DNA of 62,525 nt, filler included, from Choristocarpus tenellus KU-1152 (lineage: Eukaryota; Protista; Phaeophyceae): NCBI GenBank assembly GCA_964200185.2. It is 9 parts of 9 records of this genome, joined end to end, with 100 filler letters (N's around TTAATTAATTAA, not from the genome) between each part and the next. Parts side by side here need not be neighbours in the genome. Positions count along the whole stretch, not along the records: positions 1 to 16,860 come from CAXNAD020000753.1; 8 more parts are not named here. The stretch is one strand, 5' to 3'. The position numbers and the translations under genes were made by a program. Below the pieces are notes generated by a model that was given only the letters and a program-made list of their open reading frames with translations, was not told the DNA's origin and did no database searches. This document shows positions 1 through 12,110 of the stretch, in pieces. Every line of letters begins with the position of its first letter. The stretch's first letter is position 1.

Positions 1-894
1 AAGAGTTCCCCGCACACTGTGTGGGGTAAAGGGGGGGGGGGTGGGAAGGGCAACCCCTAAATAGATACTACTCGACAGGTTAAGAGCAGTTAGGGGGTGG
101 GGTGATGACAAAGGATCACAAATATCACTATTTGATGTATGGGTTGTGATCTTTTGGGGAAGGGGTAGAGAGGGGAGGTGGCACGATTTTCACGGAACGT
201 CCGTGCGCAAGAGTGGTTGATGAGGAATGTCAAAGACATCTCCCTTGTTTGAAGTATGTCCGCTGGTGCAATATTCCTTGTGTGATTCTAGGTAGTCTCT
301 TTCTGATTGAAATCAACAGAATCGCGCTCATACACATACATACACTTCAGACACACAAAATGTAATGCCGACAAAATAAATGCTTGCAACTTTGGTTACT
401 CATACCACTTTCGTTCTCCTCCCTATTAAGGAGTACTCCAAAAATATTTAGGAAAGCCTCCAAACTCACAACCACACAATGACACGTTGCGACTGGTGAG
501 TGGGTAGAGGACAGGGAGTAAGGGTTGACCTTATGCACGGGCCAAATTGTACTTGACAACAAACACATGGAAGGCCGGATTTGTAAGGAGACAAGATCAG
601 TCCGCTACATAAGCAGCCCCGGCGAAGAAACAAGATTAGTTTATACTTATCCACGTTTTGTGGGTGTATTGTGCAGACATTAAAAAGGGTGCCCACCTAA
701 ATCTCAGAAAAATAGGACAACCTACCCCTATCTATTATCCTACCCCCGAAGTGTCCTCCAAGAGTCCAATCCACCACGGTATTTTGTCGCATCCACTGGG
801 ACATGTAGGGCCAACTTGCAAACAATTTAAAGGTTCCCCATAGTTTTACTCTGATAACTTCAGAAATCGTGCACATATAACAGCTGCAACAGAT

Positions 895-1152
895 GAGCGA
901 AAGTATCTCAGAGGGTACGAGTTTTTCCCTGTTTGCCATTTGGGGCTTGGCTTCTCATGGGATATTTTATGACATTTTCCTACTCCAAAATGTTTCGGAG
1001 TAGGTAAAGTGTGTATGTAGTGAAAAGGTGTGTCCAGAACATAGATATTGACACTTCCTAACAAACATGATGACCAAAATTTAATCAAAATCGCAACATT
1101 GGATTTTGTCCCCCAAATAGACGCGGCTCTACCCTCTAAGATACTTTGACTC
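895..1152 (+). mobile_element. MITE family A (~258 bp non-autonomous TIR DNA transposon), full copy, TSD AGAT
   Basis: TIRs GAGCGAAAGTATCTCAGAGGGTA ... TACCCTCTAAGATACTTTGACTC, flanked by AGAT at 891-894 and 1153-1156; body recurs six more times in the window. Confidence 0.9.
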
Positions 1153-1459
1153 AGATATTGATTGTGAATGAGAGGCCTTTGACTGCATACTAGGAAAGCA
1201 CAGAATAGTATATGAAGTCGATGTGAGTGATGTTGAAAGTGGGGAGTAGGAAATGAAGCACCAAGTTTTAGAGTGCAGTCGTTGTAAACCACGTCCAGAT
1301 ATATTTAAAAACAAGAATACTGCACATTATCTTGACATAAAGACCTAACCCCACGATCAAAGCACTACTAAAATATCACAGGTCTTTTGTACGGATGCGA
1401 AAATATATTTGTTTGCCTGGTGTTTACCTAGCATGCACGAGAGAATGTGCTTGAGCTAT

Positions 1460-1638
1460 GATCCAAAGTATCTGGTGTGTGTGGGGGGGTCTACACCAGG
1501 GTGTCCATTTGGGGCACAACCAGGAAAAGTGCACTTACATTATCTATCCGACGTATGCAACCAAATCACACAAAAATCGCGACATGAAAAACTTGGCCCC
1601 AAATGGACAGTCGCCACCCCCCCCAGAAAATTTGAGCC
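1460..1638 (+). mobile_element. MITE family B (~175 bp), full copy, TSD TAT
   Basis: Ends GATCCAAAGTATCTGG ... CCAGAAAATTTGAGCC flanked by TAT/TAT; homologous to 8253-8426, 42817-43009, 60382-60559 and 62307-62490. Confidence 0.85.
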
Positions 1639-1958
1639 TATATCTTACTCAAAGAAAAGATGTACATCGACTCAATTGGCAGCTAACTACATACCCAGGA
1701 ACACTCAAAAGTGTCTGGAATATCCATCCCATGCAAAGGTGATACACAAAATATATTGTGATTTTCCTTCATTTTGAGACTGAAACCCAACCATTTTCAA
1801 AAGGGTGTATAAACGAATTCTATGGAGGCAAATCGATTGAGAGGTAGGCAGGGTTTACCTTTCAAGGGATCCCAAGAAGGGGCAATGAGATGAAGATGAA
1901 GTCTTGTGCAATTGGAGAAAGAGCTTTGCTTGATTGTGGTGTCACTTTGTATGTAGAT

Positions 1959-2100
1959 AGGGGAATATAATTTTTGTGCGCACTACTGTCCACATAAAGC
2001 AATTGAGTAGAATGTATTGCATAGGGTAAGAAATATGAGTTAGATTGTAAAAGGTTCCAAACCTATCTACCTCTCAATTGGCTTGACTCATGCTTTTTAG
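1959..2100 (+). repeat. Diverged dispersed repeat (family C), homologous to 59887-60030
   Basis: GGGGAATATAATTTTTGTGCG...GTCCACATAAAGCAAT...AGGGTAAGAAATATGAGTTAGA...TCCAAACCT aligns colinearly with GGGGAATATCAATTTTGCG...GTCCACACAAAGCAAT...AGGGTAAGAAAGATGACTTAGA...TCCAAACCT in a different contig. Confidence 0.7.
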
Positions 2101-2149
2101 CTGCAATTCTATATACCAAGAAATGCAATCTTTGCCTCAAAGCTTATTT

Positions 2150-3250
2150 TTCCTTTCAAATTATAGTTTTATGCTTCTACTGTCCTTGCTTCTGCTATGG
2201 CAGTTGTCATATATTCTGCAGACCAACAGTGTGATGGATCCTCTTCCTATAGAGCTCTGAATCGGAACTTGGGAACTTCGTCTTGCTTGTTCCAGGACCC
2301 CTATTACCATAAGTATTACATGAAAAACAATAGTATATTTTACATGAGCTATCGTAACAGTCTGTCTACAGGCTGTTAGTAAACAGTGATTTATTGCCTG
2401 TCTAAGGCTAGGGTCATAGCCATAGATCTGTTGAATGAGAGTCCCCAGTACTTGAACAAAGATTAGCATTCGCACAAGCAGCTGTCGTAGAATATGTACT
2501 ACGTACTAGTAGCAGCATTTCTCAAGACAACAAAGACGGTGTAGCAGACCACAACAAAGGTTATATATTTATCACAACTGCGTTTGGCGGACAAGCACTG
2601 CTGGAGCTTTATTCTGCACTCCAGACAGAGCATTGCCAATGGTGCAGAGCAGTCGTCGCTGCTGTAGACTAATTCTTGTGCTATCGGTCAGTGAGCTACA
2701 AAACCATTTGGCTATTGCATCTCCGTCTCCGCCTGATTGAACTACATCAACAGGATGGGATAGGGTGGTTGTGAGCCAAAGTATCATAGAGGTTAGACCT
2801 GCGTCCATTTGGAGCCCAAATCCAATGTTGCGATTTTGATGTAATTTTCGCAATCGTGTTTGTTAGGAAGTGTCGATATATTCTTGTTCCAGACACACCT
2901 TTTTATAAAGTATACATTTTACCTACTCCTTAACATTTTGGAGTAGGAAAATGTAATAAAAAAATAGATAGGAAGCCAAGCCCCAAATGGACAAACAGGG
3001 CAAAACTCGTACCCTCTAAGATACTTTCACTCTGTGTCCAACTCACTTCCCTTCACGCACGTAACCAAACCTCATCAAAAGACTTGAAATAGTCCTGGCT
3101 TCGTGTGCTTGGTTTGGGAGGGACCAGGACACTGTTGCCTTTGCACGACTAACATGAAATATCTCCTACAATACACCATGTACACTTCTTCGTCTCCTCC
3201 AATCACTCCAACTCTAACCGCCAACCTCAACCCTACCTCAATATCAACCG
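2150..3250 (-). pseudogene. Possible highly decayed non-LTR (RTE-like) reverse transcriptase remnant, interrupted by a MITE
   Basis: Weak colinear resemblance to LINE RT motifs (RAKATVSWSLP ~ KAxGPDGLP, TVFVVLR ~ MMFVVRR, LIQQIYG ~ VIRQFHDG); many stops and frameshifts. Confidence 0.25.
2773..3032 (-). mobile_element. MITE family A, full copy in reverse orientation, TSD TGT
   Basis: GAGCCAAAGTATCATAGAGG ... ACCCTCTAAGATACTTTCACTC flanked by TGT at 2770-2772 and 3033-3035. Confidence 0.9.
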
Positions 3251-6200
3251 AGAAGGAAAGGTGTGAGATGTTGGAATTTGCCCAAGTGGAGGCAGTCTCT
3301 GGGTAAAACGATTGGAGAGTATGTTGTGCAGGGAGGGGAAGAATGGTATTGTGATATTACGGTGTTCAAAGGGATAATGCTGACCATATTTCACTTGTTT
3401 TTTACATGGCACACACCTTTTCTATATATTACAAATCGAGTTCGACCACCAGCCTATATCACTCCCCTCATTTCCTTCTCATTCTTTTTCATACCACCTG
3501 ACTAAAGGGGAGTACACTTGACAGGAATGAGTTGGTATATCTCGTTTCCAAAGGGGCTGATGTAATTCGAAGTATTTCATTTGCCTCAATACATTCCATC
3601 ACTACGCCATCGAGTCACCTGGACAAGCGATTCATGCACTTCTTTCGTACAAAATGCACTCTGCCTCGATATGCCGGAGTGATTCCCGTCCCTGTTGAAA
3701 TCAGTATGTGTGAAACCAAACCAATATGAATCAAAAACTGTGATCGTACAGAGAGGATAGGCATCTATGTGCGCCAATGCTTTCCCTATACTTTATATAT
3801 GTAGCTGAAATTGTAGCATAAAGTTCTTTACCTGAATTCATTTTTTTCATGTGCAAAACATTTTTCAATGCTGTTAGTCCCAAGTGAAGCGTCGTGAGCA
3901 AACACAACCGCTGCTGGTTGAGTGACTGATGTGGATGTTGGTGGTTCCTGGACAAGCAGGCATTGCATGCGAAGAAAAATAGATCGGAGAATACATCATC
4001 TGTAAGTAGTACTACAAAGGGGCATATCCTACACCCTAATCACCCCTCTCAGTACTACTGCAAGTTAGGTACTATTTGAGAGTTCTTCTCTACACCATGA
4101 CAGATTGCGTGCAACGAAACATATAAAGACTTGCCATACAAGGGCAATTTTCTTTTGACTCATCCACGCTCCATTTCTACTGCAAGCACTACAAGTGAGC
4201 TATTACCATGCACCCCATGAGGTATTGCATACAACGAAACATCTACTTGCTATTGAAGTATAGACGGATGGTTGGCTCCCAACAGGGTACTTCGACCCCT
4301 GGGTGGAGGCACCTTCCAGTGGCAGGGGCATTTTGCAGTACATCTCAGGCTCATTGAAGGCCTCTACAACAACGGATGCGCGTGTGTGCATCATGTTATG
4401 GTAGAAGGTGCCCAAGCAACTTTTCCCTCTAAGTACTTGTTGGCAAATGACACCAGCAAATATGGATGTGCGCAGCAAGTGATGGGAGGTGAGTGACATG
4501 GCGAGAAAAAGATCAATTTCAAGTCATTTATCTCTCCGTTATGGAGTCCCTCAAAAGCAAGGATTCCCTTGAAAGGCGTACTCAACTGAAACAGCCCTCA
4601 AGCTAAGTCAGTCGTCTCAGTCAGACGGCAATCCTACCCAACAGCTACGAAACACTACCCCCAAATAAATTTTATGAACACATACGACAGAAAATCCATA
4701 GCCAATATGCCACTCTATTGCCAACACCATGCTTCGGCCATGTGTATCTCGTTGACTCTGGTCATAGTCACTTTGCCCACAACCAGGAGTCACCCTCAGA
4801 AACATCAAGCCAGGGCTTTAGGTAGGATTGGCAGTTGACTGGGCCATGGGCAATGCTGTGATCCAGCCCTGTCATCTGAAGATCTTGACCTGACGGTAAT
4901 AAAACCGTTTATACCTGGATCAGTCTGTAGACTGTCCCTCTTAATGATCTCTAAGTCCCTGGACCGACCCTTCCAGAAAACACCTTATCGGGTTAGCCCA
5001 AGGTCTGGGTCTCTGACAATTACCCGGTGTAGTGTATAGCCTTGAAAAAGGAGAGAAATGTTCCTAAACAAGGTTGCCTGTGCATCAGGAATAACATCAT
5101 GATATGTATTCTGGTGGTGGTAGCATTAAATGCATTCCTCCTCAAGTGTCCTACAAAACTTATATTGGTGTGACTAATTCACAATCATCACTTTCGGCGC
5201 GTGTGCTCCGATTCTTGAAAGAACCGTTTCCTCCATTTTTTGACCTCATCATTGAGGATATGCAACCTCTGAAGCCTGAGCGATGTGTGACCTGGTGAGG
5301 GGGTTCGAGGTCTTCAATACTGCAAATATCTAAGGATAGAGGTCATGAACGAAAAGCAGCATTTTCATCGGCAAAATAGCAAAGATCCCATATCGAGCCA
5401 ATGTGATAAATAGGTAGTTTGTATTTCCTTATCTACGTCTTAACCAGTTCCAGCAGCAATATGCGTTTGAACACCGCCAAAGTGGCAAGATCAAACCCAC
5501 ACAGTTTCAATGCAAAATGTGTAACTTGAGAATAAATCGATACTATTCAGATGATGTATATGATATGTAAATATCTGCGACATTTTAAATCGCAATTGTG
5601 AACCCCTAACCCACTAATGTGAGATGAGCTCAGTTGTAGATAACAGTGAAATATCTCAAATGATGCTTGTCAACACCACAGCCTGATCTGCTATTGCTCA
5701 GCTGTCATGCATCTATCGATATTGGGTTCACTCTCTTGGAGCCTTGTGATCAGTCTATAAGCTTGAGAATAGTACCACATATTCCCATCGTGGTGAGTAC
5801 CTGTGGAGCCGGAATATCATTAGGACGTAATAGCCTTACAACTTGCAGTACGCCATCAATATGGAATGCATGTCTCTTTTTAACAGGGTACATGAGAGGG
5901 AGGAAATTTTCCGTGGGCAGCTCACTAGCCCGGAAAATCCCCAACTGTCGTGTGTACCATAATTCGTTAGAGGATGAATCAGAGTGGTTTAATCATATTT
6001 ATCGCTAACTGTGTAAGTATTCTAACATACGCCTTCAATTTTTTTTGGCGATCACACCGTGCCACGCACTGAGCGGTAAACCTCTCTTAAACGCTGCCTT
6101 TCAGTGTGTACTTCTGGGCTTGGGATACAGGTTAGGTGGTACAACTCGTTTGGTTGGGTTGAGCTGTTGGTAGTCCCATTTCTGGGTGATGCATGACAAG

Positions 6201-8252
6201 AACGCTGAGTGTTGCAGGACTGTCAAAATGTAACCACTTGAAATCAAACCTATGCTTGACCTGATAGGTCCAATGACGCATATAAGTTAAGCTAAGATAG
6301 GTATAATTGTAACATGATTGATCGGAAGAAAAATCATACCATGAAAAATAGAGGTGCACCATTTGAGTATAGTTGGTATATGATGTTGAGTCAATAAGGG
6401 ACATGCTAATCTTGTGACTGTCTCAAACCCTATCAATATGAAAGCCGTAGGTAGACCATTTAAATAACCTTTGTTTGGTATTGAGACAATATATTTTACT
6501 TGTTTCGCAATCCTCTCAACCTCTGTATTCATGTTGTTCTAGTTGTACAACGTAGTAGTAGTTGGGGTTATTCAGTTTGACATTACTCTTTGCATGTAAC
6601 ATGGGGTTGCTAAGCGAAGTGAACTGATATTATAGATAGTAGCCGTCATGATGCCCTGTGGCGCAGGTCTATTTCCATGTTTCTCGTGAATGATTGATGG
6701 ATTATTCCCCTCCCCAACACGTATTCGGCAGCAAAAAACTCCCTTACAATGCCTGATCACTGTGTCAATGTCAATTTCAGGGGTGTATCAAGATAATACA
6801 GAACGTTCCTATGTGGCAAAGATGAATTATATCTAACAATTTAATGATCTCAGTGGGCACCCACACATGTGACTTTTCTACAGAGATTAGAATGGACGCC
6901 CATATTAATGCATCAAATTTTCGCATTGAGGTGGATAAGGGTGCTCTGCCACCTGCAAAAGGACAGTCCTGCTTCCTTCCCCAACTCCGTAATGCAAGCT
7001 CCTAATCGGATTGAAGCTACTTGTACCTGGAGTATTGGATGACTTCTGATTGCATCACACAAGGGTTCAAGAGATACAATGTAAACCCCATTATGCTAAA
7101 ATAAAGCAGACAGGTCCAAAAACCTTTCTCACCTCAGTAAGAGAAAGGATAAGCAAGTTCTTGACAGAGTCAACGAGAAACAGAACTTCCCCAGTATGTG
7201 CCTGGAACTGTGGAAATAATAGAGGATAGATGTCAACAGCCACGACACACTGTCAGTGAAGGCAAAAAAGCGAGCTGGCTATTTAACACACAACCGGAGG
7301 AGTGGGACACAAGGAATGCTTGAGAAACTTATAGGCTGGTCAGGCCAAGGAACTGAAAAATCTATGTAAAATAATAATTATATTATGAGTATTTTACGAT
7401 ATTTTGTGAGGGGGACGTCAGCTCTATAATGTAAATTGTTATTTTATGCCCACTGACATTTTGCAGATGAGATACGGCATCCTAGGAACAGCAGGCAAGA
7501 GCACATGACAAAATAACAGTCTGAGATGTACTCAACAAAAAATCTTCCATAGAACTGCTCAGTGTAATATATTTGATATCTAGAAGCAGATATCTTCCCA
7601 CAATAATCACCGGAGCTCATCGGTGTTGTGTTGTGATTTTGACGCTAGAAGGGATTTTGAGATAACTCTAAATCGTGGTGTGTATGTACTGTGAGGCTTT
7701 GTTTTTGTTGTTAGGGTACTATACTTTACCCTGCGAAATATCAGCAATGTTGTTGTGACGTTTAGATTTGGTGAAGCTGTGACATTGTTGTCCCTCTAGA
7801 AAGGACACGAAGCACACAACAATGAAACAAAAATAATAAATGCGTTCAGTCTGAGTGTGTTGGAAGCGTGAGTGTCCAAGGTTCCTGACTGAATCAGTCC
7901 CATATCACAGTGGGTATATGGCACTATTTTGGAGCTGCAGTCTGACACAGCTTTGATTCACCTGACTCCGTTCTTCATAGACCAAGGTTGCAATGGTGCA
8001 TGCCGTCACAGTCATAACAATTCCTGCTGTGCAGAAAATGTTGCGGACTATGACATCTCGATATAAATCGGATGCGATGGTGGTTGGATCCACACGGTGT
8101 GACTGCATCATCAGTGGCTGGACGAAGAAGAAAAGCAGTGACACTATCTGCGAGCGTGAGAACGAGGAACAATATGTGACTTTAGAGGTAGTAGTGTAGA
8201 GGTAGTGTTAAGCACCTAAGCCTCAAAAAGGGAACATGCACGGTAAACACAA

Positions 8253-8426
8253 GGCTCAATATATCTGTGTGGGGGGGGGTCTACACTAGGGTGTCCATTC
8301 GGGCCCTGACCAGGAAAAGTGCACTTATATTATCCATCTGACGCATGCAACCACCACACAAAAATCGCGACATGGAAAAATTGGCCCCAAATGGACAGCC
8401 GCCACCCCCCCCAGGTACTTTGAGTT
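8253..8426 (+). mobile_element. MITE family B, full copy, TSD ACAA
   Basis: GGCTCAATATATCTG ... CAGGTACTTTGAGTT flanked by ACAA at 8249-8252 and 8427-8430. Confidence 0.85.
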
Positions 8427-11301
8427 ACAAGGCAGAAATGGAAGGTCCTCTTGTGGTGAGGTGATTATGGAAAGAGATATGCTTGCACCTACCTGTAGAT
8501 CCTACCTGAACACCTCCACAACAAAGCCCACATGCATTTTGCAAGTGGGATTCCTTCCATCAAACTAGTAGGGTAAATATCGACTTGTGCCCCTCAGAAG
8601 AGACTTCCCCACTCTTGTGACCCATAGTATCCTAAAGGGGTATTAGGCGTCCATTCGGGGGCAGTGTGAACCTGTAGTGATTTTCATGTCATCTGCGTGG
8701 ATGTGTCAGATGTAAGGGCAATTGCCTTCATGCACCTTCCTTTTGCATCCCCTTGCTTGAACAAAGAAAATCACTCGCAACATGGACATCAATCTGGGGT
8801 ATCTTACAACACACCATCGACCCCCGAATGGATAACCTGGGCTAATCCCTCCCTCTCTAAGATTCCGTGGCAATGTGTTACAATTAGATATCTGTGTCAT
8901 GTTGACCGATCTATCTACCAAAGTAGTACGAGGGAACATAATATATTTACAGTTACAGTGTTCCTTCCATACTCACCTCTAATTCACTGCAATTCAATCT
9001 TTGGGAAACGCTTGTCAAAATTCGAGAAAAAATTGGTAGCCAACAATGAGCTTCTTTCGTTGTATAAGCACCTTCTTGCAATCACAGCACAGCCTTGCCC
9101 TCGCATAACGGTGGATTTAGCACAAAGACAGGGATCTGTACGCTCAAAATCCCCAGATTTGAAGGACGTCAGAAAGCTGTCTCTTTGATCACGACCTCTT
9201 TTGTTATGGGTATCCATGTAGGTAGCATGGTGCCAACATTAAGGGGTAGGGAATATTGTTCGAAAAGCAACCTTTGGAATAACATAATAATCTGGATATC
9301 GAAATGAGCGGATGGGATCCACTCTCGGCCAGCAACCTCCTCTACCCTATCAATCTTATCATATCAGGTAGTACAACTCAGTCCATACCACTAAAAGCGT
9401 AAATAATAACTTTGGATTGGAATGCAAGCGTGTTGTCAGACTGTTTGTTGTACTATTAAGACTTTGCCACAGATACATTGACCATGTACTGCTGACTCCA
9501 TTATGTTAGGTCAACATACTGGCTGAAGAGGACATCATACAGTCTCAAGTTATGCCCTACCACCCTTAACGAAGTTATGTGTGTGTGTATATTTTGTTGC
9601 TAAAAGATCAAACGAGGAAGGGTACTTCTATCCCCAAGTGGGATTAAAGGATTGTACTGAGATAGCAAGAAGAGCCTAGTCAACAGTTTGTCCGCATCAG
9701 CAAGTCTTGGGCGTGTAAGATTTTTTCTAATTCCAAGAACACAACGATACCTGAAACGCACTATTCTACTGTGACATGAGGGAGAAGTGCTTAAGGTGAA
9801 CAATTCTAAAAAAATGTTACCGTAGTGAGAATGCATTACATTGACTGTATGTACTAAAACAAACAAACACCCAAACAAGTAGCACTTCAGGAAAAAAACA
9901 GTAGCTCAGGACGTACAAATACCGTACTGTGAAGAAAAAAACGGCAGCAATTGGAGCAGCACCACGTTTTACTACCCCCAGAGTGAACATAAATTTTGTG
10001 AATCGATAGAATGGAGCTATACATCGTCTTGAATCTCTTGTGACCCTTCTCGCTCACTCAGTGGAAAGAACCAAAACCTTTGTTGCATAGGGTCTTGTGT
10101 GTTCAGAAGCACCCGCACCTGAACAGTCTGTACACACAGACCAACGATAGCAACAACAACAATTTCGTGATGCTGCCTCATTGAATCGCCTTCCTCCATC
10201 TCCTGGGAACATGGACCCTGGCCACCAAGAAAACAACAAATGATCAAGGAGAGGACGAGGGTGAAGAATATGCCTTGGAATTTCTTACCAGACAATCTCG
10301 TTCAATTCGACAGTATTGTACCTGAACAAGTGAACTCATGAACCAATTGTTATTCGGATTATCGAGACAGAATTTTCAAAATAGAATCGGTCCTGGGTTA
10401 TCCTTTAATGTGACAGAAATATATCACAGTCAAGATAAGAGGGATTTCTGCACTGATCCAAAGTAAACAAGAGGTACCCAGAGTTGCATTTTAAGGATGA
10501 CAAATATGTGTAAAATTCGACTTTTTTTACAAATTCGTATCAGAACTTTGTGAATCCTACCGAACATGTTCAAACAGAGAGAAACCAATGCTCTCAAGTC
10601 AAATTTGATACCTTTCATATAGAAATATGGGTGAAATACAAATGATTGAAAAGCCCGACGTAAAATGCAAAACGACTAAAACTTGGGTACCTTTGGCTCA
10701 CAATAGTTGAAGTGTTGACTTTTTCTTGGGCTAGTGATTAACACTACATGCAACAAAGCTGCAGACTCAAACTGAGAATGATTTGGTAGGGTAAGAATGC
10801 CACACTGGTTGTACGACTAATATCATGTTTTGGGATGGAAATGCTTCATCCAATCTCGGAAGGGGGACGGGGGGGAAGGTGCTTTCTGGGAGTTGAGGTG
10901 CATGGGGAGAAGCTATGTGCAACTATGTCACGGATGTATCTGTAAGAGGGATGCATATATGGGACTGGAGATGTCTTCGGTAATCAGTGGTGCAGTTGGG
11001 CATCTTAAATGTAGTTGTGTTAAGGAGGAAGGTATAGATTGATTTTGACTTGATCATTGACTGAGATATTTGGAAGGGGAGAGCTTCAAAAACGGGTGGT
11101 ACAAGACAGAGATGCAGCACAGAGCACCTTCATCCCCTCCTACCACCTGTTTTCTAGCGGGTAGAGGACTCGATTTCTCAAGCTGATCAGTTATTGGTGC
11201 TACACGATCTTTTTGCATGAATAAGCACATTCGTCCCGCAACCATGTCACGTCTGTAAAGTAACGCCCTCCTCCCCGCCCCTCCTGGCTAGACCCTTTCA
11301 G

Positions 11302-12110
11302 TCACCAAAGTTGCAAGGAGAAGAGCACAGCTCCTGCTGGTAATAATTGTATCAGACTGATGTAAACAAGGGAGTAATCAATTGACAGATATTGTAGTGT
11401 AGAGTGTTTTCCCGTACCTCTTTGTTTAAAGCAATCGCTAGCTCGACGCCGAAGAAAATAGCCAGGGCAGGGTAGAGGATGTAAGCTATGACTTTGTTCG
11501 CGAATATGGCAGCTTGCTCGAAACACGAAGGAAGAGTGAGGTAGTGGCTGTTGGTGACATCTAGTTTGGACAGCAGAAATAAGATCAGGAAAAAGACACC
11601 AAGCTCTGATAGCAACTCCATGGCAGCGAGTGGCACCTCGCAGGACACCTTCGGTTCACCCCCAAAGAACATGCCCAGGTTCACTGCCGACTGAATCCCA
11701 TTCATGAGATTAATCAACAACAGCAGAAGGTGGAGTGTCCTGTGGATCCAATGGGCAACCGCATATGGTGGCGTTGTGTCACATAGGTAGGTTGTCATAA
11801 TTGAGATAATCACGATCTCGTACAACTTAGCTTCAACCATTCTCGCGTAAGTCGTATCATGCACAACCTGTGTCACAGCTGCGCACCTATATTTAGGTGG
11901 TGCGTTTCTATCAACGGGGGTCGTGCCCACAGTCACGCGAATATGCCCTGCTGGAGATTTCTTTGAAGATGACGGGGTCAAGTTCCTGTTCACTTTGGAC
12001 ACAATACCCCTGCGACCACATACAGCGGTCTGTGTCGCATCAGCCACAATGAGTAAACGAAGTAAAATCAGGAGATCTACACATACCAACACAATGGCGT
12101 CCTTGGGCAT
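11302..12110 (-). pseudogene. Intronless multi-pass membrane protein, THH1/TOM1 (DUF1084)-like, frameshifted near the C-terminus
   Basis: 252-aa ATG-initiated ORF with a hydrophobic N-terminus and about 4 TM stretches; LHLLLLLINLMNGIQSAV resembles TOM1 TM2; the shifted frame gives LVYISLIQLLPAGAVLFSLQ, resembling TOM1 last helix YYxLxEILPSxLVLFIL. Confidence 0.4.

Noticed and set aside
400-890. Possible Gypsy integrase remnant (WVYCADIKK, FCRIHWDM*GQL)
   Set aside because: Similarity is too weak to support without a search
846-1777. ORFs recurring with similar peptides across the window (e.g. PKHFGVGKCH, QEKCTYII)
   Set aside because: Chance translations of the non-coding MITE A and B bodies
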